Shown here: piece by piece, positions 29,582 to 39,948 of the stretch | Numbering within the stretch: position 1 is the first letter of the stretch | Layout of the letters: the number at the start of each line of letters is the position of its first letter | Origin: Pseudonocardiales bacterium | GTDB lineage: Bacteria; Actinomycetota; Actinomycetes; Mycobacteriales; Pseudonocardiaceae | NCBI GenBank assembly: GCA_003244245.1 | Contig: QHBY01000446.1 | Coordinates: 4,946-68,945 of the forward strand | Direction: 5' to 3' | DNA: 64,000 bases | Made by a program: the position numbers and the translations under genes | The notes under the pieces: generated by a model | What the model saw: only the letters and a program-made list of their open reading frames with translations | Database searches by the model: none | Told to the model about the DNA's origin: nothing

Positions 29582-30868
29582 TCAGGCCGGGTCCGGCCTC
29601 GCCAGCACCCGCCGGATCAGGTGCATCGCGTAGGTCACTGATCTATCGCGGATCTCGGCACGGTCGCCGGGCAGTACCGGGTCGCTGGCCAGGACCGTGC
29701 CGTCGCTGGTGGTCACGCACACGCACACGTAGCCGACCGGCTTGGTATCGGTGCCCCCGCCTGGTCCGGCCACCCCGGTGATCCCCACGCCGACCTCGGC
29801 ACCGAAGTGGTCCCGGGCCCCGTCGGCCATGGCCCGGGCCACCTCCGGGGACACCGCACCGTGCTGCTCGATCAGCTCCGCCGCCACGCCCAGCAGTTCG
29901 GTCTTGACGGCATTGGAGTAGGCCACCACACCGCCGGCAACGTAGCCCGACGACCCCGGCTGCTCCGTCAGCCGGGCGGCGAGCAGCCCGCCGGTGCAGG
30001 ATTCCGCGAGGCCGATGCGCCGTCCCCGCAGCAGGCCGGCGAGCTGCTGGTCCAGCGACGTGCCGTCGATCGAGAACACGTACCGGGCGTGCCTCGCGCG
30101 GATCTGCTCCACCAGCGCATCGCGGGTCGCCTCGGCACCGGACCGATGCCGGATGTCGATCACCAGCTCAGCGCGGCGCAGGCAAGTGGTGATCTCCAGT
30201 GGCGTCAGGTCCAGCGTCTCGCCCACCTCGCGCAGGGTCACCGCGATCTGCGACTCGGGCAGCCCGAACAGCCGCAGCTGCGCGGACTCGAAGGGCCGCG
30301 TGCGGGCCAACACGGCTTTGGCAGCCGGGGTGGCCAACGCCGCAGGCCACATCACCTGCAGTTCTCGGGGCGGTCCCGGCAACACGATCACTGTCGGCCC
30401 GCCGTCGATCGGCACCACCAGCCCGGGTGCCGTCCCCACCGGGTCAAGAGCCTGCGCGCCGCGGGGCACCATCGCCTGCTTGCGGTTCGCCGCCAGCAAC
30501 CCTGCTGGATCGAAGCCTGACAGGCGGCGGAACCGGGCGAGGATGGCGGCGATCTGCTGTTCCATCGCCTCGTCGAGCTCCAACTCCACCCCGGCGAAGC
30601 CGGCGACCACCTCCGTGGTCACGTCGTCCGCGGTCGGGCCCAGCCCTCCGCTGGTGACGACCAGCTCGACGCCCTGATCGGCGACGAACCGCAGCGCCGC
30701 GGCGAGATCCGCCGGCCGATCCCCGACGCACAGCAGGTGCGCCACCTCGACGCCCAACTCGCCCAGCCGCTGCGCCAACCACGGGCCATTACGGTCAGTG
30801 ACCAGCCCACTGAGCAACTCCGTCCCTGTGACCACGATCCCGGCCCGGACATCGGTGCTGTTACTCAC
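29582..30868 (-). CDS. cinA: CinA family protein (MoCF-like domain plus nicotinamide-nucleotide amidohydrolase PncC domain)
   Basis: VSNSTDVRAGIVVTGTELLSGLVTDRNGPW.. and ..ESCTGGLLAARLTEQPGSSGYVAGGVVAYSN.. Colinear with Rv1901. Start GTG 30868 (ATG 30895 is the alternative). Confidence 0.85.
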   Translation of the reverse strand: MSNSTDVRAGIVVTGTELLSGLVTDRNGPWLAQRLGELGVEVAHLLCVGDRPADLAAALRFVADQGVELVVTSGGLGPTADDVTTEVVAGFAGVELELDEAMEQQIAAILARFRRLSGFDPAGLLAANRKQAMVPRGAQALDPVGTAPGLVVPIDGGPTVIVLPGPPRELQVMWPAALATPAAKAVLARTRPFESAQLRLFGLPESQIAVTLREVGETLDLTPLEITTCLRRAELVIDIRHRSGAEATRDALVEQIRARHARYVFSIDGTSLDQQLAGLLRGRRIGLAESCTGGLLAARLTEQPGSSGYVAGGVVAYSNAVKTELLGVAAELIEQHGAVSPEVARAMADGARDHFGAEVGVGITGVAGPGGGTDTKPVGYVCVCVTTSDGTVLASDPVLPGDRAEIRDRSVTYAMHLIRRVLARPDPA

Positions 30869-30916
30869 GAGACGGCACGCTAGCGCCACAGGCATGCTGG
30901 CCGCTGGGAGGCCACG

Positions 30917-32658
30917 ATGAGATTCAGGCGGACCGCGAGCGCAGCCTCACCCGATCCGGGCACGCCGACGCTGATCGGCGTCGGTCCGACTCCGCAGCGG
31001 GTGGTGGCGGCGCTGCCGGCGCTGATGCTGGTGATGGCCTCCTACGCGGCTCGGGGGCTGCTGGACGCAGCCGTTGGTGCCGTGCAGGCGGTGCTGGCGC
31101 CGCGGGTGGAGCTGCGCGCCCAGGACGAACTGCACGCGGCGGTGGTCGGTGCGGACTTGGTCGCTTTCGACGACGCGGATTTCGTGGAGCTGGTGCGCCG
31201 GACGCTGGGGCGGGGGATCATCAGCGTCGGCCAGGGGATCGCCGACGCCGGGAACCTGCTCAGCTCGGCGATCTCGCTGCCGCCGCGATCGTCACCGCCG
31301 GCCTGCTCAACCCCATGTTGGCGCCGGTGGTGCTGCTGGCCGCGGTGCCCAACGGCTGGGCGAGCATGCGGTCCGCGATGCTGACCTACGAGTCGTTCGT
31401 GCGGATGGTCTCGCGCATGCGCCGGCTGAACGTCACCGGCGACATGATCACCAGCCGGCGACAGGCTGCCGAAATCCGAGCCTTCACTACCCAAGACACC
31501 CTGCTCGGCGAGCACCGTCGCACCGGAGCACAGGTCACCACCGAAGCCGTCCGGGTGGAGCACCGCAAGACCACCGTCCGGCTGGTCGGGCGCGGCCTGG
31601 CCGGGCTCGGCACCGCGCTGGCCTACGGCGTGCTCGGCGTGTTGCTCTACACCGGGGCGATGCCGCTAGCCCTGGCCGGGGCGGCGGCGGTGGCGATGCG
31701 CACCGCGAGCACGGCGGTGTCCACGACGGTGTTCTCGGCCAACCGGCTCTTCGAGCACAGCTTCTATCTCGACATGCTGACCAGCTGCCTGACCCAGGCC
31801 CGCGGCTACCACCGGGCCGCTGCCACCCGGCGGCTACCGCAGAATCCACAGCTCATCGAGGTTGCACGAGGTGTCCTTCAGCTACCCAGGTAAGGACGAG
31901 CCAGCCCTGCATCGGATCAGTTTGACCATCCGCCGCGGCGAGGTCGTCGCCCTGGTGGGAGAGAACGGCTCGGGTAAGTCCACCCTCGCCAAGGTGATCA
32001 CCGGGCTCTACCTGCCCGATGAGGGACAGGTGTGCCGGGACGGAGTGGACATCGCCAAGGTCGACCAGCGTGAGCTGCACTCCGAAGTTGCCGTCGTCTT
32101 GCAGAACCCCGTCGAGTGGCCGATGACCGCCGAGAACAACGTCCGCATCGGCCGGTTGGAACGCCCTGATCCTGACGGCAGCGTGCTGGCCGCCGCTGCG
32201 GTCGATTCCGGGACCGACGCCGTCGTCGCCGACCTTCCGCGCGGCTGGGACAGCGTGCTGTCCCGGGAGTTCCAGAACGGATGCGACCTGTCCGGTGGGC
32301 AGTGGCAGCGGATCAGCGTGGCTCGCGGTCTGTACCGGGACGCCCCCCTGCTCGTCGCCGACGAACCCACCGCCGCGATGGACGCCCCGGGCCGAGCACG
32401 CCGTGTTCCAATCCCTTCACTCACTGCGGCGTAACGATCCCGTGGCAGGCGACGGCTCCGCAGCTAATCGGACGACAGTGCTGATCACTCATCGGCTGGC
32501 CAATGTCCGCCACGCCGACCAGATCATCGTCCTGGACCACGGCCGCATCACCGAGCAGGGCACCCACCAGGAACTGATGGCCCGCGCCGGCGGGTACGCC
32601 GAACTTCACCCTGCAGGCCCGGGCCTACCTCGACGGCACTGACGAACTAGCCGGCTGA
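30917..32658 (+). pseudogene. fused permease/ATPase ABC exporter, multiple frameshifts
   Basis: Homology runs through four ORF-track pieces in different frames (30917.., 31315.., 31862.., 32295..). The Walker A GENGSGKST, signature LSGGQWQR and Walker [13 protein letters not shown] are all present but interrupted. The last ~20 codons sit in yet another frame (stop 32656..32658). Confidence 0.75.
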
Positions 32659-32691
32659 GTCCAGCCCCATTGATGGTCTACCGGATCGCGG

Positions 32692-33918
32692 CTAGCGGTG
32701 GCGCTGGCGGGCGACCAGCGCGCCGAGTGCGGCGAGCACGGCGATCGCCAGGCCGATCCACAGCGCCAGCGGGAGCAGCGTGCCGCCTTGGTCGAATCCC
32801 GACGTCGAGTTCCGGGACGCGGCGTTCACACCGGCACCTGGCGGTGCAGGGACGGCACCGGGGGCCCCGTCTGGGGCGGTCTCGGGCGACTCAGCCTCGT
32901 CCACCAGCCGCCCGACTGGGCGGCCGGTGGGAAGCGCGAATCCGTAGTTCAGCAGCCGGGCCGCCTGCTCCGACATCGACACCGGCCGCTGCTCGCCCCG
33001 CATCAGTACCACGATCAAGCGCCGGCCACCGCGTTGTGCGGCATCGAGTTGGGTATGCCGGGCGTCGTCGGTGAATCCGGTCTTGCCACCCATCGCGCCC
33101 GGGTAGGTGCTGAGCAGTTTGTTGTCGTTGCTGACCACGAACCCGGGCCGGTTGCCGTAGCCGGGGAAGTTCGCTTGCTTGGTGCCCATCAGCTCGACCA
33201 GTAGCGGGCGGCTGAGCACCTGGCGGAATGCCAACGCCAGGTCGTAGGCCGACGCGCTCATGCCCGGGCCATCCAATCCGGAGGGGGTGGCGGCGCGGGT
33301 ATCCAGCGCCCCCAGCCGGGCGGCCAACGCGTTCATCTGCTCGACGGTCGCGGTGACCCCGCCGAGCTGACCGGCCAGGGCGTGTGCGGCGTCATTACCG
33401 GAGACCAGGAACAAGCCGGTGAGCAGCTGCCGGACGGTGTAGTGGCCACCTGGACCGATGCCGACGCGGCTGCCGTCCTGGTCGGCGTCGGCCTGCGTGC
33501 CGACGACGACCCGGTTGGTCGGAAGCTGGTCGGCCGCCAGCAGGGCGGTGAACAGCTTGAGCGTCGAGGCCGGGCGGTTGCGAGCGTGGGGGTCCCTGGC
33601 GGCGAGCACGTCACCGGAGCCAGCATCGGCGATCAGCCAGGACATCGAGGTGATACCCGCCGGCGGTGCGGGCGCACCGCCGGGCAGCACCAGCCCGCAC
33701 TCGCCCATCCGTGGCCCACCCACCGGACGGTCGGGAACCGACAGCGGCGCGGGAACAGTGGTGCCCGGAGCCGGGGCCTCTGATGAATCGATCGGTGGCG
33801 GCGGGGCGACCTGCTGCGAGCACCCGGGCTGCGCGGCGCTGGGTGCCGCACCGAGCAGGGTCATCGCGCCGAGCGCGACGATCAGCACCACCAGTAACCG
33901 GGACCGGACAATCCGCAC
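32692..33918 (-). CDS. dacB: D-alanyl-D-alanine carboxypeptidase (S11, DacB1-like) with C-terminal membrane anchor
   Basis: Signal peptide VRIVRSRLLVVLIVALGAMTLLGAAPSAAQP, active-site ..PASTLKLFT.., ..SGNDAA.., ..GKTGFT.. GTG 33918 chosen for the signal peptide. Confidence 0.8.
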   Translation of the reverse strand: MRIVRSRLLVVLIVALGAMTLLGAAPSAAQPGCSQQVAPPPPIDSSEAPAPGTTVPAPLSVPDRPVGGPRMGECGLVLPGGAPAPPAGITSMSWLIADAGSGDVLAARDPHARNRPASTLKLFTALLAADQLPTNRVVVGTQADADQDGSRVGIGPGGHYTVRQLLTGLFLVSGNDAAHALAGQLGGVTATVEQMNALAARLGALDTRAATPSGLDGPGMSASAYDLALAFRQVLSRPLLVELMGTKQANFPGYGNRPGFVVSNDNKLLSTYPGAMGGKTGFTDDARHTQLDAAQRGGRRLIVVLMRGEQRPVSMSEQAARLLNYGFALPTGRPVGRLVDEAESPETAPDGAPGAVPAPPGAGVNAASRNSTSGFDQGGTLLPLALWIGLAIAVLAALGALVARQRHR

Positions 33919-33939
33919 CGGGCGAAGGTTAGCTGGGCG

Positions 33940-34377
33940 GTGGGTGAGGACCCGGTAGGGGATGCTCAAGAGGTGAACGGCGAGATCAATGGCGACATCA
34001 ACGGGGACATCGACTGGGACGCGCTGCGCTGTGCTGCGGTGCAGGCCGCAGCGCTCGGGTACTGCCCCTACTCGCAGCTGCAGGTGGGGGCGGCCGCGCT
34101 GTGCGACGACGGTCGCATGGTGACCGGCTGCAACGTGGAGAACGCCTCCTACGGGTTGACCCTCTGCGCGGAGTGCACCATGGCCGGGCAACTGCGGCTG
34201 TCAGGTGGCGGCCGGTTCGTGGCGGTGGCCTGTCGCTCCGGCACGGGCGAGTTGCTGATGCCGTGCGGACGTTGTCGCCAGGTGCTCCATGAACTCGGCG
34301 GGCCGAGCTGCGTGGTGGACACCGCACACGGCGTCCGCCCCCTTGCTGACCTGTTACCGGATGCCTTCAGCTTGTGA
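33940..34377 (+). CDS. cdd: cytidine deaminase
   Basis: ..PYSQLQVGAAALCDDGRMVTGCNVENASYGLTLCAECTMAG.. and ..PCGRCRQVL.. are the zinc motifs. Start uncertain (GTG 33940 or GTG 33973). Confidence 0.85.
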   Translation: MGEDPVGDAQEVNGEINGDINGDIDWDALRCAAVQAAALGYCPYSQLQVGAAALCDDGRMVTGCNVENASYGLTLCAECTMAGQLRLSGGGRFVAVACRSGTGELLMPCGRCRQVLHELGGPSCVVDTAHGVRPLADLLPDAFSL

Positions 34378-34409
34378 GTGCCGAGCAGTGTTATAGCACT
34401 GGTTACCAC

Positions 34410-35441
34410 TCACGAGGCGGCGTCGATCACGACGCCGTTCTCCTCCGGCTCCGCAGCCTTGCGAGCGCGGACCCGACGCTGGGCTGGGCGTGGTGGCGGC
34501 GGTGGCGTGGCAGGCAGGGCTGAGGGCGCGCCGCCGCCCATGATGATCTCGGCGAAGGTGGCCATCGCCTCGTCCAGCTGCGAGGTGTAGCGCATCTCGG
34601 ACTCCTGGTTGGCTTGGCGGACCATGCCGAGGAGCGAGTCGACGTCGGGGCGCTGCGCCAGCGCGCCATCCAGCGCGCCCAGGCGTTCGGTAACTGAGCC
34701 GATCCGGTCACCGACGCCCTCGTCCAGCGCATCGAGCCGGGTGGACAGGACACCGAGCCGTTGGGTAACAGACTCCAGCGCACCCGCCAGCGACTCGTGC
34801 ACGCCCTTGTCGACCTCGTCGAGCCGGCTCCGCAACCCCGTCTCGGTGCTGCCGAGCTGCTCGCGGACCGGCCCGTGCACGGCGGCGGGCAGCCCGTCGA
34901 GCACGGTGTCCTGCCGGTCGAGGTGGTGATCCAGGTCGTCGATCCGCTTGTGCAACCCGGCGATCCGGTCCTCCAGACCGTCCATCCGGCCGGCGACACC
35001 CTCGAACCGGCCCGCCATCCCGTCCATGCGTCCACCGAGCTCGGCGAACGGTGTGGCCAGCTTGTCCACGATCGACTCGACGGCGCGGCACAGCCCGGCG
35101 ATAGCGCTGTCCTGAGCTTCCAGCTTCGACAGGGCTTCATCGACCCGTTCGGCCAGCACGCTGACCTCGGTGCGGTCGGGCATCTCCGACAGCCGCTTGC
35201 GCACCGATCCCAGCGACTCCAGAGGAGCCAACCGGGCGTGGATCTCGTCCAGCGCGTCGAAGATCTGCTGCTGCTCGCTGTCGCGGATCTCGGCGGCGCG
35301 CACGAGCATGCTGCGCATCCGATCGAAGGATTGCGTCGCTGTGTTGGTCACGGGCTTGGCCTTCGCTAAGGGGAACCGACCGATCCTGGTGGGCGCGAAG
35401 CCTAGCCATCCCGGCAGCGGCCGCAGCAACCGGGAGACCAC
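34410..35441 (-). CDS. coiled-coil repeat protein, unknown function, Pro/Arg-rich tail
   Basis: 343-aa ORF dominated by heptad/undecad-like repeats (..GGRMDGMAGRFEGVAGRMDGLEDRIAGLHKRIDDLDHHLDRQ..RLGVLSTRLDALDEGVGDRIGSVTERLGALDGAL..). Start uncertain (GTG 35441 or the internal GTG at codon 31). Confidence 0.55.
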   Translation of the reverse strand: MVSRLLRPLPGWLGFAPTRIGRFPLAKAKPVTNTATQSFDRMRSMLVRAAEIRDSEQQQIFDALDEIHARLAPLESLGSVRKRLSEMPDRTEVSVLAERVDEALSKLEAQDSAIAGLCRAVESIVDKLATPFAELGGRMDGMAGRFEGVAGRMDGLEDRIAGLHKRIDDLDHHLDRQDTVLDGLPAAVHGPVREQLGSTETGLRSRLDEVDKGVHESLAGALESVTQRLGVLSTRLDALDEGVGDRIGSVTERLGALDGALAQRPDVDSLLGMVRQANQESEMRYTSQLDEAMATFAEIIMGGGAPSALPATPPPPPRPAQRRVRARKAAEPEENGVVIDAAS

Positions 35442-35483
35442 GCTGCGCAGTGGTGATCGGCCGCAGAATGCAGCGGGGGGTAC

Positions 35484-36698
35484 TCAGTGCACGTGCAGCC
35501 GGTCTTCGAAACCACCGACGAGGACCCGCCAGGACGCCGCTTCGGCGTCGAAGGGAGCGCTGGGCGCCAGCCGGGTCGGGTCCGGCCGGACCAGGAAGGA
35601 GACCAGCCAGCCCAGCGGTTCGGAACTGGCCAGCGCCTTGTCCGCGGCGTCGGATCCAGCCCACTGCTCGGCGTCGGTGATCAGTTCCACGGCCAGCTCG
35701 AGCTGGCCGGGATCCACCGTCTCGGGGCCACCGGTGAGGTCGTCGGCCAAGCCGGCGAGCACGTAGCTGTTGCCGTCGTCAACCGCCACGCCCAGCTCGC
35801 GGTCCTGCGCGCGTTTGGTCACCTGCGGCCAGGTGGACACCGCGTCGAGGTCGTGGTCGTGCGGGTGGTCGGTGAGATAGCGGGCCAGCGCGCGCGGCGA
35901 AGTGAAGACGTCGATGCGTCCGCCGCTACCGAGAAAGACCGGCGCGTCGTCGAGGTAGCAACGCAGCGTGTAGTGATCACCCAGATCACTGATGATCCGG
36001 ATCGGGTCGATCCCGACCTCTGACCAGAAGTCCAGCGCGGGATCACCGGCGGCCGGCGCTTCGGTGGCCGCAGCGGCCTGCTTGTCGGCTACGGAGGACT
36101 CAGCCTCGGACAGCTCGGTCGCCGCCGCGTCCAGCGCCGCCGCGTCGACGTCAGGACTGCGGATCAGCGCGTCGACGGCATCGATCACCTCGTCCCACCG
36201 CTGCGCGATGACGGTGCACAGCGCATCCCAGTGCCGCGCACCCTCCCGACCGCCGAAGGAAAGCGTGCCGCCGTCGAGCATGGTGAACCCGGCAGTGGAG
36301 CCGAGCACCTCGTGGACCACGTCCAGGCTGCAGACGTCGGCCAGTGACCGCGTGATCGACACCACGTCGGCGAGCTCGCCGATCACCCAGGTATCCGGCG
36401 ACTGCGCGACCAGCTCGGGCACTCCGACCAGGTCGTAACGGTGGGAGTCCGCGGGCCGCAGGTCCGGCGCGGGCAACCGCGGTACGAGGGGCCAAGCCGG
36501 ATGGTCGACCAGGTCATGAACACCCGCAGTGCGCACGAAACCGACCAACGCCGCGACGTCGGCGAAGGCGAACAGATTCGTGTCGTCGCCGAGGAACGCC
36601 TCCCACTCCTCACCGTCGGCACGCCAGCGCGGCGCCCACAGCGTCACCACGTCCCCGGCGGTCACCGAGAGCTCTATCGGCACAATGTCGGCAGCCAT
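35484..36698 (-). CDS. conserved acidic actinobacterial hypothetical protein (positional equivalent of Rv3311)
   Basis: 404-aa uninterrupted ORF with protein-like composition. MAADIVPIELSVTAGDVVTLWAPRWRADGEEWEAFLGDD.. I recognise no catalytic motif. Confidence 0.6.
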   Translation of the reverse strand: MAADIVPIELSVTAGDVVTLWAPRWRADGEEWEAFLGDDTNLFAFADVAALVGFVRTAGVHDLVDHPAWPLVPRLPAPDLRPADSHRYDLVGVPELVAQSPDTWVIGELADVVSITRSLADVCSLDVVHEVLGSTAGFTMLDGGTLSFGGREGARHWDALCTVIAQRWDEVIDAVDALIRSPDVDAAALDAAATELSEAESSVADKQAAAATEAPAAGDPALDFWSEVGIDPIRIISDLGDHYTLRCYLDDAPVFLGSGGRIDVFTSPRALARYLTDHPHDHDLDAVSTWPQVTKRAQDRELGVAVDDGNSYVLAGLADDLTGGPETVDPGQLELAVELITDAEQWAGSDAADKALASSEPLGWLVSFLVRPDPTRLAPSAPFDAEAASWRVLVGGFEDRLHVH

Positions 36699-36720
36699 GG
36701 GCGGCAGCGTAATCCCCCGG

Positions 36721-37320
36721 TCAGGACCTTATCCGCCAGCCGTCGAGGTTGGCGCGGATCGCGGCCTCGAACAACTCACCGGGTGGCCCGGCCCCAGCCG
36801 GCATCGCGCAGCCCAGCTCCAGCGACACCAGGCCGTGCACGTTGGCCCACAGCGCGGTGGCGATCCACGCGGGGTCGGCGTCGCGCAGCTGACCCACCGC
36901 GACTGCCCTGCGCACCGTGTCGAGCAGCGGGGCGAAGGTGGCCTCAGCATGCGCGTAGTCCTCCGGAGCGGGCTCGAAGCCGGGCACCGGCGAACCGAAC
37001 ATCACTGCGTACAGATGCGGGTCGGCCAGCGCGCTGGCCCGGTAGGCGCGGCCCAGCGCGAGGAGGTCGGCCAGCGGATCGTCCGAGGGAGTCACCGTGT
37101 CCAGATGGGCCGCAAACCTGGTGAACGCCTCGATGAACAGCCCCCGAAGGATCCCTGGTTTGCCGCCGAACAGGGCGTACACCGCGCTGGTCGAGGTACC
37201 CGCGGCGGCAGCGAGCCGGCGCAGGCTCAGCGCGTCCGGGCCCTCGGCGGTGAGCAGCGTCCCCGCGACGTCCAGCAGGCGGATCCGCAGCGCATCGTCA
37301 TGCAGTTTCGGTCTGGCCAC
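36721..37320 (-). CDS. TetR/AcrR family transcriptional regulator
   Basis: N-terminal HTH ..[44 protein letters not shown]... Confidence 0.85.
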   Translation of the reverse strand: MARPKLHDDALRIRLLDVAGTLLTAEGPDALSLRRLAAAAGTSTSAVYALFGGKPGILRGLFIEAFTRFAAHLDTVTPSDDPLADLLALGRAYRASALADPHLYAVMFGSPVPGFEPAPEDYAHAEATFAPLLDTVRRAVAVGQLRDADPAWIATALWANVHGLVSLELGCAMPAGAGPPGELFEAAIRANLDGWRIRS

Positions 37321-37336
37321 TTGACGACTCTATCGC

Positions 37337-37359
37337 AACAGTGTTCTATAACAGTGTTC
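37337..37359. promoter_or_regulatory. candidate TetR operator: tandem AACAGTGTTC x2
   Basis: AACAGTGTTC-TAT-AACAGTGTTC. Each unit is an AACA-N-TGTT mini-palindrome. It lies in the 58-bp divergent gap between tetR (GTG 37320) and the FAD-monooxygenase pseudogene (ATG 37379). Confidence 0.5.
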
Positions 37360-37378
37360 GCAATCCGAGGAGAACATC

Positions 37379-38337
37379 ATGAGCTGGACCTATGACGCCA
37401 GCGGGCCCTTGGGAATCGCCGCTCACCCGCCGACGCCGCGCACGCCGTCGTCGTCGGCGGCAGCATGGCCGGCCTGTTGGCCGCGCGGGTGCTCGCCAAC
37501 CATTTCGAGCGGGTGACCGTCGTCGAGCGCGACGCGCTGAGCGACAGCGCCCAGACCCGCAAGGGTGTCCCGCAGGGGCGCATGCTGCATGCGCTGATGC
37601 CCCGGGGCTTGCAGATCGTGGAGCGGTTGTTCCCCGGCTACTGCGACGAGCTGGAGGTTGCCGGAGCGGTGCCCGTCTGCATCCCAACTGACTCGCTCAT
37701 CCTGACACCCGCTGGCTGGCTGCCCCGTCAGGTCGCCGGGTGGCCGATGTTGTCGGCCAGCCGGCCGCTGTTCGAGTGGGCCGTGCGCCGGCGGCTGAGG
37801 GAACTGCCGGGTGTGACGATCCTCGATGGCCACGATGTGGCGGCGCTGTTGACTTCGTTCGACGGTCGGCAGGTCACCGGCGTGACGCTACGTCGGCTAG
37901 ATGAAGCGGGCACCCACCAGCTCGCCGCAGACCTCGTAGTCGACGCCAGCGGCCGCGGTTCCCGTGCTCCGGCCTGGCTCTCAGCGGGCGGTTACGGCAC
38001 GCCGGCCACGACGCAGGTTGACCCGAACATCGCCTACGCCTCCCGGATCTACCGCGTCCCGGGACGGGTTCAGCGCGGACTGGAAGTTGGTGATGCTGAC
38101 CTCCAAGCCGCCGTCGATGCCGCGCACCGGCTTCCTGTTCCCGATCGAAAATGGCCAGTGGATGGTGGCGCTGATGGGAGCCGCCGGGCAGCATGCGCCC
38201 ACCGACGAGGCCGGTTTCGCCGCCTTCACCCCGCAGCCTTCGCCACCCGGTCATCGCCCTCCGAAGCCCGGCCCGAGCCGATAGCGATGATTTTTCCCCG
38301 AACGCCGCGCCGCCGGACCGTCCAGTCGTGCCCGTAG
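37379..38337 (+). pseudogene. FAD-dependent monooxygenase, frameshifted at both ends
   Basis: ATG 37379 with an RBS opens frame 2. The Rossmann motif DAAHAVVVGGSMAGLLAARVL is in frame 1, with no start codon after its upstream stop. Later ..IAYASRIYRVP switches frame to ..DGFSADWKLVMLTSKPPSMPRTGFLFPIENGQWMVALMGAAGQ.. Confidence 0.7.
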
Positions 38338-38344
38338 CCCGCTG

Positions 38345-39115
38345 ATGACTGCCGGCGAGCGGCTCGCACCGGTCAGCTCTGCGGCCGTCACCGTCGAGGG
38401 GGTCCGCAGTCCGTATCTCCAGGCCGGGCCAACCGACACCGCTGAGGCCGTCGTGTTCGTGCACGGCAACCGGGTCCGGCAGCCGACTGGCGGCGCTGAT
38501 CGCCCGCACCGGCGCGTTCGCCCGGGCGGTCGCGCCCGACCTGACCGGCTACGGGCGACGCCGACAAACCTGATCGCTTCCGCTACACCGTCGACGGTTA
38601 CGCCCGCCATCTCGGCGGCGGGATCCTCGACCAGCTCGACATCCACCGTGCCCACCTGGTGTTGCACGACTTCGGCGGCCCGTGGGGTCTGACCTGGGCG
38701 GCCGACCACCCCGACCGGTTCGCCAGCGTCACCCTGGTCAACTGCGGTGTGCTGCGCGATTACCGCTGGCACTACCTGGCCCGCATCTGGCGGACCCCGG
38801 TGCTCGGTGAGGCCTTCATGCGGATGGGTACCTTCCCGGCGCTGCGGCTGCTGTTGCGCCACCGGCCCCGACCTGGGCTCAGAGCGGCTGCACCACCGGT
38901 TGCGGTCGCTCGATCGCCCGGCGCTGGTCGTGTGGGGTGCCCGCGACCCGTACCTGCCGGTGCATTACGCGCAACGCCAACGGGAGACGTTTCCCGGTGC
39001 TGAGGTGGTGCTGCTTGCCGACAGCGGCCATTGGCCGATGATCGACCACCCGGTCGCCGTCGAACAGCCCGTGTTGAAGTGCGTGAGTACGATGTTGTCG
39101 CTGAATGCGTTATAG
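38345..39115 (+). pseudogene. alpha/beta hydrolase (haloalkane-dehalogenase-like), several frameshifts
   Basis: ..VTVEGVRSPYLQAGPTDTAEAVVFVHGN | ALIARTGAFARAVAPDLTGYG | DRFRYTVDGYARHLGGGILDQLDIHRAHLVLHDFGGPWGLTWAADHPDRF.. | ..LDRPALVVWGARDPYLP..LLADSGHWPMIDHP.. are spread over three frames. Confidence 0.75.
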
Positions 39116-39916
39116 CCGGATGATCAGCGCCCGCAGGAGGGCGCCCATTCGGGCGGCGGAGTCCGCGGCGGTGGCGAGCATCTCTTGCGGGTTCAGAGGG
39201 CCTGCGGTGAGGCCGGCGGCGAGGTTGGTGACCAGGGAGATGCCCAGCACTTCGGCGCCCTCGGCACGGGCGGCGATGGCCTCGACGACGGTGGACATCC
39301 CGACCAGCTGCGCTCCCAGCACACCCAACATCCGGATCTCGGCCGGCGTCTCGAAGTGCGGACCGGTGACCCCGGCGTAGACGCCTTCGATCAGGCTCGG
39401 GTCGATCTCCCGCGCCAGCGCGCGCAACCGGGGTGAGTAGGTGTCGGTGAGGTCGACGAACCGGGGCCCGACCAGCGGGGAGGTCGCGGTGAGGTTGAGG
39501 TGGTCGGAGATCAGCACCGGCTGGCCGACCGACAGCCCCTCGGCGATGCCGCCGGCGGCGTTGGTGAGCACCACCACTCGCGCTCCCGCCGCACAGGCGG
39601 TGCGAACCCCGTGCGCAACCTGCACTGCATCATGGCCCTCGTAGCCATGCGCGCGACCGAGCAGCACCAGGACCCGGCGCTCACCGCGGGGCCCGCCCAG
39701 CGGCACCGACCGGACCGTCCCCGCGTGCCCGATGACCTGCGGTACGGCGAATCCCGGCAGCGTGGTGACCGGGATCTCGACGGCGGCGGCGCCCAGCACG
39801 TCAGCCGCGGGGCGCCAGCCGCTGCCCAGCACCACCGCGACGTCGTGCGCGGGCGCCCCGGTGCGTTCGGCGAGCACCGCGGCGGCGTCTGCGGCCAGCT
39901 GTGCCGGGTCAGTCAC
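39110..39916 (-). CDS. punA: purine nucleoside phosphorylase
   Basis: [34 protein letters not shown].. is colinear with Rv3307 (..[27 protein letters not shown]..). GTG 39916. Confidence 0.9.
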   Translation of the reverse strand: MTDPAQLAADAAAVLAERTGAPAHDVAVVLGSGWRPAADVLGAAAVEIPVTTLPGFAVPQVIGHAGTVRSVPLGGPRGERRVLVLLGRAHGYEGHDAVQVAHGVRTACAAGARVVVLTNAAGGIAEGLSVGQPVLISDHLNLTATSPLVGPRFVDLTDTYSPRLRALAREIDPSLIEGVYAGVTGPHFETPAEIRMLGVLGAQLVGMSTVVEAIAARAEGAEVLGISLVTNLAAGLTAGPLNPQEMLATAADSAARMGALLRALIIRL

Positions 39917-39948
39917 GACCGGCAGCCTAGGGTCAGACCGCCGAGGAG

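Noticed and set aside
29383-29781. 132-aa plus-strand ORF.
   Set aside because: Its composition is not protein-like and it overlaps cinA antisense. The 59-aa membrane ORF in another frame (29399..29578) has an RBS and clean TM helices.
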